Positions 24,925 to 37,018 of a stretch of DNA of 47,197 nt are shown here, piece by piece; position 1 is the stretch's first letter; each line of letters starts with the position of its first letter. Location of the stretch: assembly GCF_001194135.2 (NCBI RefSeq), contig NC_068988.1, positions 25,677,562-25,724,758 on the forward strand, in the 5' to 3' direction. Position numbers and translations under genes: made by a program. The DNA comes from Octopus bimaculoides. Lineage: Eukaryota. The notes below the pieces were generated by a model. It was not told the DNA's origin, made no database searches, and worked only from the letters and a program-made list of their open reading frames with translations.

Positions 24925-25280
24925 AGGCACTGGAATGACTGTGTGGTAAGAAGTTTGCTTCCCAACCACATCGTTCCGGGTTCAGTCCAAAAGTGTCTTC
25001 TGTAGACTCGGGCCGACCAAAGCCTTATGTGTGTAATTGGTAGACGGAAACTGATAGTCAGTCGTATGCGTGTGTATGTGTATTTGTGTGTCTGTATTTG
25101 TCCCAACACGATCATTTGACAACCGATGTTTGTGTGTTTACGTCCCCGTAACTTAGCGGTTCGGAAAAAGACACCGATACAAGACGTGCTAGGCTTACAA
25201 AGAAAATGTCCTGGCGTCAATCTGATCTAGTAAAGGCGGTGCTCCAGACTGAAAGAAGTCAAATATAAGAATAAGAGAAA
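24925..25280 (+). mobile_element. SINE family B (second tRNA-derived family), decayed copy with the CORE-like segment largely deleted
   Basis: gtgtggtaagaagtttgcttcccaaccacatcgttccgggttcagtcc...aagtgtcttct...ccgaccaaagcctt...ggtagacggaaactga...gacaaccgatgtttgtgtgtttacgtccccgtaacttagcggttcgg is colinear with the copy at 31451. Confidence 0.85.
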
Positions 25281-26654
25281 GAATGTCAAATAAATAAACT
25301 GCTTCTTGTGCCTTAGGAACCTTAGGACCTAGGATTGTCTGAAATGATTTCCTTTTTATTTCTGCTCTATATATTTCAGTACTCTGTAATTCTACTCCGT
25401 ATATTACATGCGATAATTTGTTGTAGTGAGACATGATGAGTTCGTATGTTAGTAGAAGCACAATCTAACTGATTTTCAGGACTGATAATTCATATCCAAG
25501 AAATTTTGTGTTTTGTGTCATTAAGAAATCTAAATAGAAAATAGAATGTGAATATCGTAGGATATAACCAACATTTAGTTGTACACGATAATAATTGTAA
25601 ATACCATCTTGCTCATTACACAAGTAATTAGACACAGGTCAACGAGCAGGAACACTTTAGATTAGTTATTAACAACGTTAATGAAGAAAATATTGCCGGT
25701 AACAATAGCAATGACAGTGCTAAATTACTTTCGTGTAATGAGGAGAAAAGTTATCTATTACAATTACCTCTATAGTGATGAAAGACAACATTTATACTAA
25801 TCTGGACTAGTAACGCAAACAAAAAGAAGCGGGTGTTTTCATGAAGCTTAATTAAAATTATGTTGTAATGGATGATAATTCTGACATTTTGCACTGTTAA
25901 CATATATTTCGTTGCTGATAGACCTAGTCCTCGAAGCAGAGACAGGCCCTGCCGTGAAATCGCCAAGTGGCCTGAGAGAATATGAGGATGTTATGGATAT
26001 TGGCCTAATGATTTAAGTGAATGAATGAAAGGAGCCTGCCGCATGATATATATGCAATAAATTAGGCGTTAACATATTTAATTTGATGACGCATGAAACT
26101 CATAATCGGCTTAATTAATACTGTTTGAATCTTTTATATTTCTTCAAAAGATTCAGTGATCATGATATGGTATTTTGAATTAATACCTCTTACCTCACAA
26201 ATGCATGCTGTCTAACCAAACCTTTTACTATATGCTTTGTTCTTTATCAAGCAGGTGTCTCTCACTCATCTCACAGTCATCTTTTGTAGCAACTCATATC
26301 TTGCTGCATCAGATAACGAGTCGACCCAACAAAAACTCCGTTAAGATTTATATGTGGTGTCTTGAGAATTATATTATCTTTCCAGCGTCGCTACATACAT
26401 ATATTCCAGCATTTTAGCAGTCATAATCGCTAATTCACAGATAACTCGTACATGTAAATTTAATATTCATAGATATAATTATGTCTTAGCAAAGTGAATT
26501 TGTGGTTCATGCGGTTACTGACTAGTTAGCTTCTTTAATACAGACTTGGTTCAAGACTTTATCCTTTAATATTCTCACATGTTTTTAGAACTCGTGACTA
26601 ATGTAATATTAGTGCAAAAAAGCATTGCAAATCTGTTAGTATTGGAGTATAGGA

Positions 26655-26704
<50 letters not shown>

Positions 26705-27291
26705 ATATATATATGTATGTATAAATATATATATATGCATACATTTATATATCTTTGTGTGTGTGTGTGAGTGTGTACGTGTGTGTATGTATGTATGTAT
26801 TATGTATGTATGCGTGCACGTCAGTGTATGTATATTGTTATGTATTTCCTGATAGGATATGAGCAAGAATGTTGTGGGGATAATTCTGAACTGAAAAAAA
26901 GCCTCTAAAATATCCTGCTTTCATATCTACTGACCCAAAGAATTCATTGCATGTATAAATATATTAGGCATGCCTCAATGATACAAGAGGAGCTAGCTGA
27001 AAATATTTGACTTTATGAAAGCTGAAACTTTATAATATTTCTACTTAATCTGAAAGGCAGCCAACTAAAAGCTAATAAAAATATAATGAACCGACAAAAG
27101 ATATCGATCGCAAAAATATATGAAGTGGCTATAGACCAGTGAGTCTTTGGATGTCCGAATTTAAACAAAAGAAGTTAACGGTATGTGATATAAATCTATA
27201 TTTGTTTTATATATACATATACATAAATACAGACACACACCCACATATATATGTAGAGGGAGATTTAGGTTGATACGTAAGTGCATACACA

Positions 27292-27327
<36 letters not shown>

Positions 27328-29686
27328 NNNNNNNNNNNNNNNNNNNNNNNNNNNNNNNNNNNNNNNNNNNNNNNNNNNNNNNNNNNNNNNNNNNNNNNNN
27401 NNNNNNNNNNNNNNNNNNNNNNNNNNNNNNNNNNNNNNNNNNNNNNNNNNNNNNNNNNNNNNNNNNNNNNNNNNNNNNNNNNNNNNNNNNNNNNNNNNNN
27501 NNNNNNNNNNNNNNNNNNNNNNNNNNNNNNNNNNNNNNNNNNNNNNNNNNNNNNNNNNNNNNNNNNNNNNNNNNNNNNNNNNNNNNNNNNNNNNNNNNNN
27601 NNNNNNNNNNNNNNNNNNNNNNNNNNNNNNNNNNNNNNNNNNNNNNNATATATATATATATAAACAAGATATGTGTGCGTGCGTATATATATATATATAT
27701 ATATATACGTATTTATATATGCATGTTTGCATGTATGTCTGTCTGCCTGTATGTATGTATGTATGTATGCGCCTATGTGTGTATGTACCTATGTATGTAT
27801 TTGTATGTTCCGCGAAATTGCTGAAGGTAATGCAAAACCAAACAACTTTTATATTTGCGACAAAGGAAGTCACTACTAGAATAATGCTATTTTATTCTAA
27901 TACAAATCCTTATCTGAAATATTTGAAGTAGAATGAACACATTAATTCTATAGTTATTGCCATAACAGCTAACTAAATCAACAGCCTATAGGAAAGATCA
28001 AACTATTCCATATCACGAAAAAAATATGAAAGGAAAAAGAATAACTGTCGTCTGATTGTAAAAAAATGATCTAAGAGTTGAGATTATAAAAAAAATAATG
28101 CAGACGGAACGCTTAAGTAATTTCATAATCACAAGGAAGAGAATGGGTGGAAAGAAATGTCCTTTTGATAAAACGTATTCATTTATAAAATAATAGTTTC
28201 AGTGTTGCGTACACAGCCTTTATATCATATGAGACATGTGCATTCGATTAGTCTTCTCTTCCTATCCTTCTGGAAAGTTATAAACTACTATTCATTCTGT
28301 CAGTTCCAAATCGAAGAGTAGAATGTCAAATGTCTTCTTTATAATTAATTCTTTCGTTGAAAGACAGTATGATCTATATATTGTGGATTGGTGAGAGTGC
28401 TGAAAAGACTTTTCCAAATTAAATGACAATGTATGAAGTGATATTTTTTACACAAGCAAACGTAGGACAGTATCTTTTGTGCTGAGACAGATAGACACTA
28501 TTTTTGAGAAGCTGTACATTTGCATGCCTTGATATTCACAATGTGCCCTACATGACACGATAGATTACAAATTTACATATCGCTTAACGGGAACATTGTT
28601 TTAGGGAGTTGTGTCGTCTACGTTCTTTTTAAGAGTACTAACTGCACACGTGGGTATGTATCTATCAAACGAGATAGGAAACTGTGTTGTAATTTTGACG
28701 CACTGGAATTTTTTTCTCCGCAGAAATATATTCTAAGCCTGAAATATAATGTCTTGGGTCTCCAGAAAACTTAACGTTTTGTATTTAGGAAGGGTAATGT
28801 ATGAATAATTACTTTCTATGGAGGAACAGCTCTTATTCTCAATCACGCTTCATATTACTTATCCACAATCTTTTTCCGACCTAGCATATTACTTACTTCT
28901 ATAAGCAATAGCATATTCGACCATAACAAACAATATATTTATAGAGCTTAAATTTTAATACTTATTCAGAAAGCAGACCGTCCGATAGATCCTAGCAGCC
29001 ATATTAATGAAATCAATGGTCGAAGTTTATTGCAATATTTTGTTGGTTGAAGTGTGTAAGGAACACTAAGCGTAGCTGGTTTGATAATGAACGCTGGGTA
29101 ACCATGATTGCAGCCGATACGCTACTAGCTAGATCAGAAACGCTACGCATGGTCTATTTACAAAGGCAAGCTAAGAAATATCGAGTCTGTGTTGTGTTTG
29201 AAAGAAATTGTTTATTAGCTACATGGCATTTTTAAAGGCTGTCTAGCAACGGCGATATAACGATATATGCGGCGATAGTATAAGTTCGGTTATATCATAA
29301 CTTTACACATGGTCTTTCTTTTTCTCTCTCCCAGAGGGATGAGAGGAAAACTTTTTATAACAGCAACGAAATTAGGAATTAGAACACGGTAGAAAAGTGC
29401 ATGCTACATTCATATATTATAGCTTCTATCTCAGAAGAATATCATCACATATCGCCCGACTTTACAACTGTTTGTATTTTCTTATATTGTAGTGTATGTT
29501 CTTGATACTATTAATATCAATTATTATTGCATTATTCAGGAACACTTAAATTATATGAATATTAGGTGTTAATCTACAGGACAGCTTGCTACGTTCACAC
29601 ATTAAACAACTGATACTCAAGAAAATGTCAACCCGTTACATTTTACAAAAAAAAATTGAAATATTAATATATATTCATGTATTAAT

Positions 29687-29885
29687 GTGCTAAACTGGGA
29701 GAATTGTTAGCGCGTCCAGGAAAATGCTGAGCGGCATTTCATCTGTCTTCACATTCTGAGTTCAAATTCTGCCGAGGTCGTCTTTGCCTTTTGTCCTTCG
29801 AGGCCGATAAAATTTGAGCACGAGGGTCGATATAATAGATTCTCTCTCCCCAAATTTGCTGTCTTTGCAGCAAAATTTGAAATCA
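29687..29885 (+). mobile_element. SINE family A copy
   Basis: gaattgttagcgcgtccaggaaaatgctgagcggcatttc; B-box gagttcaaattct at 29758-29770; ccgaggtcgtctttgccttttgtccttcgaggccgataaaat; 3' caaaatttgaaatc. Confidence 0.85.
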
Positions 29886-30900
29886 GTATATATTCGTGTA
29901 TTCCCAAGATTATCATCATGTCATACGAAAGTATTTTGGCCGAGAATAATGTGCAATAAGATGTATCAAAACATCTTTGACTACTGGATTATCTACATAA
30001 GTCGCTTGAAGCATCACAGAATCTTCAGGGCGCACTATCAAAACTGTTACCGGAGCTGGCAGCCTTGTGAAATATTTTCAGACACGTTGCCTTTTCAGTT
30101 CAAATCTCGCAAAAATTGACATTGATTTCATTGTGAAATCGATGAAATAATATACAAGTTTGCTGTTATGGACTATGTAATTATTTGTCCGCAGCAAAGT
30201 GTTTTAGTGCCAAGCTTACGCATACCTACTCTATAAAGTCACGCAATACATGCGTACGCACAGGAGATGCACACACTTTCTCTCGCAAAAATCAAGCCTT
30301 GCAATGAAAAAGATAAAACTAAATGAAAAGAGATTACAAATGTAATAGTATCATCCAATGTTTTATGAAAATGTGTAACAATAAGTTGTTTTTCGTATAG
30401 TTGCTTAAGCTAGGAGTACTCTGTACATACTAAATAGCATGTGTTTGAAGTTAGGCAGGTAATAGTCGGTAATATATCTCACTATTAGATACACGATCAC
30501 AGAGAAACGCGTATACATATGCATACAAGTATACAGAAAGATATGCCCTCATAAAGAAATATACAATAAAACTTGTATGCAAATTAATGGCCGTAGCATA
30601 AACTACATTTATGTGTGTTTGTGTGTATATATACATATGTATACTTACACACACGTACGTATATATATGTATATATAGTTATGTATGTATATATTTATCT
30701 ATAAATATATATGCATATATATATATCTTTATGAATATACATACACATACACACACATATATGTATATATATATATTTATATATGAACATATTTATATGT
30801 GTGTGTATGTATTGTGAACATAAGCTGAGAGCTTGTACGACAATCCACATCTTCCTGCCAGCCATTAAAATGTTCTCTTGTCATTCATTAATTTATATGG

Positions 30901-31080
30901 GTTTCAAATTTTGGCACAAGGCCAGAAATTTCGGGAGAGGGGTGAAGTCAATCACATTAACCCCATAACTCAACTTGGCTTAATTTCATCGACCGCGCAA
31001 GGATGAAATGCAAAGACGACCCCGACGGAATTTGAACTCAGAACGTAAAAACCAGAACCGTTTCAGCCAGTTTGTTGCCC
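30901..31080 (-). mobile_element. SINE family A copy (head internally deleted)
   Basis: The reverse complement has B-box gagttcaaattcc (31027-31039), gtcgtctttgcatttcatccttgcgcggtcgatgaaattaag, and 3' ctggccttgtgccaaaatttgaaac. Confidence 0.85.
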
Positions 31081-31362
31081 TCATTTGTTGATTAATTTTA
31101 CGCGCTGTAAATGCCAGCGCTTCGCTTCAAGACATTGATGATGACTTCTATCAACTGTTTATTAATATCGCTGTATCTACTCGAAATCACTATCCATACA
31201 TACATACATACATACATACACATATACAAACATGCAAATATACATATTTACATACAAGCAAAAGTAACCTGCTGTTGATGTTCAAATTCCAATCAGGGAA
31301 CCTTGATTCTAGGCTAGAAACGGACGTCTCTATTAGCAAGAAATCTTTTAATAAATTGAATA

Positions 31363-31397
<35 letters not shown>

Positions 31398-31450
31398 TTG
31401 AATAATGACAATAATACATACATACATGCATACAAACATATATAGAGAAC

Positions 31451-31808
31451 CGCGGTGTGTTGTAAGAAGCTTGTTTCCCAACTATATGCTTTCTGCTTAA
31501 GTACCACTGCGTGACCTTATGGGCAAGTGTCTACTACTATAGCCACGTGGCGACCGAAGTCTAATGTGTGAATTTGGTGGACGGAAACTGCAAAACGGCC
31601 GTGTGCTTGTGTTTATCTCCCACTATAGATAGACAACCGGCGTTTGTGTGTTTACGTCTCTGTAACGTAGCGCTTCTGCAAAATTAACCGATAAAATAAG
31701 TACTAAGCAGGAAAATGAAACTCCTGGGGTTAATTTGTCCGATCAAAACCTTTCAACGCAATGCCTCACCATGGCTGCTGTCAAATCACTAAAGTAAGTA
31801 AAAAAAAT
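31451..31808 (+). mobile_element. SINE family B with CORE-like domain
   Basis: Head gtgtgttgtaagaagcttgtttcccaac. The segment gtgaccttatgggcaagtgtc (31511-31531) resembles the CORE-SINE/MIR motif gtgaccttgggcaagt. The rest is colinear with the 24925 copy. Confidence 0.8.
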
Positions 31809-31836
31809 TGGGAGATAAAAGATACATGTATGTAGG

Positions 31837-31968
<132 letters not shown>

Positions 31969-32929
31969 CAGCGAAAAGTATTTACACTACACAATGAAAC
32001 TAACCTTGAACTAAAATTGTCCGAATTCGGTAAATATCAGTTGCGGGAGTTAATCTAAATGTATTAGTTCCATTTAAGAGAAAAGGTCATTTTCCCAGAG
32101 TATACGGATTGCCTGCTAAGTAATTGCTCATCAATTTTTTATAACCAATTTTAGTGTTGAATTCATTCTCTCACTTTCCTTCTTAGCATTATTATTTCTA
32201 CGATGAATGCTATTACTGTTAGTATTCCTACACAAACCCTGCTGGCGTTCGTGATACATCCCCACCAAGCTGTTTCCTGTTGCGGAAGGAACGCATCCTT
32301 TTGCATTCACATGCGCAAGCACACTCGCATGTATAATGATAACATGCGCAAACACAAACGCTTGCACACACACACAGACACACACACACACACACACACA
32401 TGCACACACATACACACACAAACAGACACATCCACACATGCCGAACTACGTTTATGTCAGTGTGGATGTATGCATTTGCGTATGTGCGTATATTTGTGTG
32501 TGCGTTACGGTGTATGTGAATATTATGCACACTTTTTCTGTGTGAAACATGCGATGAATAGTGTGTGTTTATCTATAAAGAATGATATGGGTGTATATAC
32601 ATTATACCTCAGCATCCTGTCCACTGTAACAAAATTTCCTTTATGAAAACAACCATGTCGGTTTCCCCTCTTGCGTTCTTATTCTCTATATGTTTGCATG
32701 TACCTATCACACACGTGTATATAGATATACATTCATTCATGCATACATGCACACTTAATACAATACACACATACAAACATACAAACATTTAAATAAATAA
32801 TTATACGTATATATGTATGTGTGTGTGTGCGTGTGTCCGCGTGCGTATGTAGATATGTATGTATGCATATCTGTATAAATATATGTCATACACCACTACT
32901 TGACTACCCATAATGTTTTTTACGCCCCC

Positions 32930-33130
32930 TATCCTAGCGGTTCGGCAATATTTTTTCCCTCAACAGCTCTGCTCTATTCAACATTGTCCCAAAAGAATTC
33001 ATAGAGGACCAAGATTCCATACCTTTGAATGGGATACAAACAAACTCTTTCAAGGAATACCAGATAAGCCACCTATACTTCGATACAACTCGTTCAAAAA
33101 GAATTTCCTACTTAAATGGTCTCTGATACC
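32930..33130 (+). mobile_element. CR1-group LINE, extreme ORF2 C-terminal remnant
   Basis: Two frames give FSLNSSALFNIVPKEFIEDQD and TFEWDTNKLFQGIPDKPPILRYNSFKKNFLLKW. These match my recalled invertebrate CR1/L2-group terminus (GPxLFNxLPKxI...FKxxLDKFLxxIPDxPxxxGY...NSLLxW). The remnant is frameshifted. Confidence 0.6.
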
Positions 33131-33887
33131 ACAAAACATGACTTTAAAAGGATTTAGTAAATCCTGTCAGGTGGTGATATTAATTTAGACATNNNNNNNN
33201 NNNNNNNNNNNNNNNNNNNNNNNNNNNNNNNNNNNNNNNNNNNNNNNNNNNNNNNNNNNNNNNNNNNNNNNNNNNNNNNNNNNNNNNNNNNNNNNNNNNN
33301 NNNNNNNNNNNNNNNNNNNNNNNNNNNNNNNNNNNNNNNNNNNNNNNNNNNNNNNNNNNNNNNNNNNNNNNNNNNNNNNNNNNNNNNNNNNNNNNNNNNN
33401 NNNNNNNNNNNNNNNNNNNNNNNNNNNNNNNNNNNNNNNNNNNNNNNNNNNNNNNNNNNNNNNNNNNNNNNNNNNNNNNNNNNNNNNNNNNNNNNNNNNN
33501 NNNNNNNNNNNNNNNNNNNNNNNNNNNNNNNNNNNNNNNNNNNNNNNNNNNNNNNNNNNNNNNNNNNNNNNNNNNNNNNNNNNNNNNNNNNNNNNNNNNN
33601 NNNNNNNNNNNNNNNNNNNNNNNNNNNNNNNNNNNNNNNNNNNNNNNNNNNNNNNNNNNNNNNNNNNNNNNNNNNNNATATATATACATATATATATATA
33701 TACATACAAAAGGATAGACTGGTATAGAAACGTGCTTTTCGCAGTTAAGTTTAATATCTATTTTACTAATATCGGTATTATGTGCATTTGTGTATTTCTA
33801 TATATATATATGTGTGTCTGTGTGTGTGTGTGAGTGTGTATATTCAATCCATATTTTGTTAAACGTACACGCAGGCACACACATACA

Positions 33888-33932
<45 letters not shown>

Positions 33933-34379
33933 CACACATACCCACATATTTGATATTCGAAATACCGTATATTCAATTCACTTAAATCATGAGTGGTGCA
34001 TTGGTCTTACTTAATATTCAGACAGAAATTTTTTATGTTAAAATGTATTAAGTCCTCTCATTCTGTACGTTATTCTAAGACCATCATATTTAAACTTGAA
34101 GCCTTACCTAGACTAGAGATCACTCTTAAGCACACACTGCATATTAAGTGTGTTTAGATATTTGATGAAGCATCCGTCTATATTTTAACGTTTATTTCAT
34201 TCGTTTTTGTGTAATCTTGTTTTCCCGTCCTCTATTTCTGTGTGATCTCTGTTCGGAAGACTTTCCACTTTCCGTGAATTACGCTTCGTTTTTAAGCACA
34301 CTTCTTTCTCATTGCTCTCTGCTTTAAGTTTCGTTGAGTTTGTCTCTTGACATGATACCTCTTGAAATATACAGTGTTC

Positions 34380-34471
34380 ACATTCACACCCACCCATCCA
34401 TGTGCGCGTATGTGTATGTACATGAGTGAGAATATATGCGTGTGTGTATACATATACATATATATACACAC

Positions 34472-34511
<40 letters not shown>

Positions 34512-34630
34512 GTTTGTGTATGTGCGTGTATATATGTGTGTGCGTATATATGTGTGTATGTGTGAGTGTGTGTGTACGCGTGTATCTATTCATGAGTCTA
34601 CATGCGTGTGTATATATATGTGTGTGAATA
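34380..34630. repeat. Degenerate alternating purine-pyrimidine tract (TG/TA/CG mix)
   Basis: About 250 bp of mostly alternating RY dinucleotides. Confidence 0.85.
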
Positions 34631-35462
34631 CGGCATACCACTTAACTTTAAACATGGCGGTGCTCGTATATTTATAAAACGAAATACAGCAATGCAAAAT
34701 TGTCGGAAATGTATTATTTAGATGCTTCGATGAATGGACGTGCTGACAAATATATCTTCTGTCTAATAATGAAAACACAGGCTAACTTCTAGTGTCTTTG
34801 AACAATCAACTAAGATTTTCGAAAGAAAGGCAATTACCTTTATGGAGACAGTTGATGAAATAAATGCCATTTGATGTATAAGAGTCAATATTATGATGCT
34901 AAAAATGTTTTTTATAATTCAATTGTTTAATGGAGCAAGTCAATTTTTTAAGTGATAACAGTGAAGCAAATATTTGTGGTATATGATATATTTTGTACAT
35001 TTACGATACATACATACGTACATACACAAACAAACACATATACTCGTACAGATATATGAAATCTATACATGCAAGTAATTCTTTCGGGAAGGCTCCAGTC
35101 TCATCTGAAAGTATATATAGTAGCGTGAAATACTGGTGTAGAACAAATAAACCTCGAAAGCTGTCAGGCTTACACGATATATAGCGTATCGAACGGGTAG
35201 CCTTTCGAACTTTCCTACCCAAACAATGTCTTTTAACCTAGTGTTAATATGGTATTATTTACAGCTTTATGCGATCATTTTTATTCCCAAAAAGAATTAT
35301 TCCACTATCTCTTGAAAATTTATAAAATTCTCATGATGACAAAAAATATATATACATATATGTGTCTCTTTATATAGATATGCATACACATATTTATTAT
35401 ATGCATGTACGTGTATATGAATATATGTGTGTTATATATATATATGTATATATATATATATA

Positions 35463-35499
<37 letters not shown>

Positions 35500-35660
35500 N
35501 NNNNNNNNNNNNNNNNNNNNNNNNNNNNNNNNNNNNNNNNNNNNNNNNNNNNNNNNNNNNNNNNNNNNNNNNNNNNNNNNNNNNNNNNNNNNNNNNNNNN
35601 NNNNNNNNNNNNNNNNNNNNNNNNNNNNNNNNNNNNGTGTGTGTGAGTGCGTGTGTGTAA

Positions 35661-35875
35661 GGCGGCAAGCTGTCAGAAACGTTAGCACGCCGGGCGAAAT
35701 GCTTAGCATTATTCCGTCTGTCTTCACGTTCTGAGTTCAAATTCCGCCTAGATCGACTTTGTATTTTATTCTTTCGGGGTCGTTATATATGTACCGGTTG
35801 CGCATTGAGGTCAATCTAATCGACTGGCTCCCTCCTTCAAAATTTCGTGCCTAGTGCCTAGAGCAGAAAAGAATA
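35661..35875 (+). mobile_element. SINE family A, best-preserved copy, inserted in a (GT)n tract
   Basis: ggcggcaagctgtcagaaacgttagcacgccgggcgaaatgcttagc; B-box gagttcaaattcc at 35733-35745; gatcgactttg...ctttcggggtcg...gtaccggttgcgcattgaggtcaatctaatcgact. (GT)n lies on both flanks. Confidence 0.92.
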
Positions 35876-36486
35876 TGTATAAGTGTGTGTGTGTGTGTGT
35901 GTACGCACACACATACACACATGTCAGAGAGTGTGTATGTAAGCATATATGTTAATGAACAATACGATTATGTGACTGTATGTCTGTATGTTAATAGACA
36001 CACAGCTATACTTTACAGAATATTTATTCAATATATTCTAAATATTCTGTGGAACTGCTGTTCGTCTCATTGCAGTAAATGATATTCAGCATCTACAACA
36101 TACACATCAGATACTAATGTATCCCGTTTATTACTCACCAACCACTGAAGAAATCAATATTCCACGTCGATTCTGACCATTTTCGCCTTTCAACGTTTTA
36201 CATTTTCTCTTCTCACTTTCATTTTCAGCACTACTTTTTGCTCTGGTTTTCTTTGTACCTCATTGTTGATCGTTCCTGGAAATCTTGTATTATTTCTTTT
36301 CCGATATACGTTGCTCTTATATCAATCTCTGTTCGTTACAAGCATTAAAACGCTCTAATTCACTTTATTCTCATATTTCTTTCCCGTTTCAAATGCAAGC
36401 CTATAGTGATTATATGCATCAGTATAAGCAGTAACATGCAAACACAAGCGTGTACTTGTGTCTGATTGTCTCTGTCTGCCTGTCTG

Positions 36487-36522
<36 letters not shown>

Positions 36523-36951
36523 TATATATATATATATATATATNNNNNNNNNNNNNNNNNNNNNNNNNNNNNNNNNNNNNNNNNNNNNNNNNNNNNNNNN
36601 NNNNNNNNNNNNNNNNNNNNNNNNNNNNNNNNNNNNNNNNNNNNNNNNNNNNNNNNNNNNNNNNNNNNNNNNNNNNNNNNNNNNNNNNNNNNNNNNNNNN
36701 NNNNNNNNNNNNNNNNNNNNNNNNNNNNNNNNNNNNNNNNNNNNNNNNNNNNNNNNNNNNNNNNNNNNNNNNNNNNNNNNNNNNNNNNNNNNNNNNNNNN
36801 NNNNNNNNNNNNNNNNNNNNNNNNNNNNNNNNNNNNNNNNNNNNNNNNNNNNNNNNNNNNNNNNNNNNNNNNNNNNNNNNNNNNNNNNNNNNNNNNNNNN
36901 NNNNNNNNNNNNNNNNNNNNNNNNNNNNNNNNNNNNNNNNNNNNNNNNNNN

Positions 36952-37018
<67 letters not shown>

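Noticed and set aside
25433-25490. Box C (ATGATGA) followed by two CTGA words, like a C/D snoRNA
   Set aside because: Too short, no convincing terminal stem, and no recognisable rRNA/snRNA complementarity in the guide positions.
25633-25775. 47-codon + frame TQVNEQEHFRLVINN...LLQLPL* that looks protein-like
   Set aside because: No polypyrimidine acceptor and no recognisable homology; the length is within chance.
25915-26000. GC-rich patch containing TCCTCG, like the L3 loop of an HDV-type ribozyme
   Set aside because: The flanking P3/P1 helices cannot be formed.
29900-30080. Open frames on both strands (for example minus KYFTRLPAPVTVLIVRPEDSV..., 53 aa)
   Set aside because: No splice context or recognisable family. 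It may be old transposon debris but cannot be supported.
36228-36360. Hydrophobic + strand frames after a strong acceptor (LLIVPGNLVLFL, superficially like GPCR TM1)
   Set aside because: T-rich DNA gives F/L/I/V-rich translations by default. The frames close within ~45 codons with no donor and no further TM motifs.
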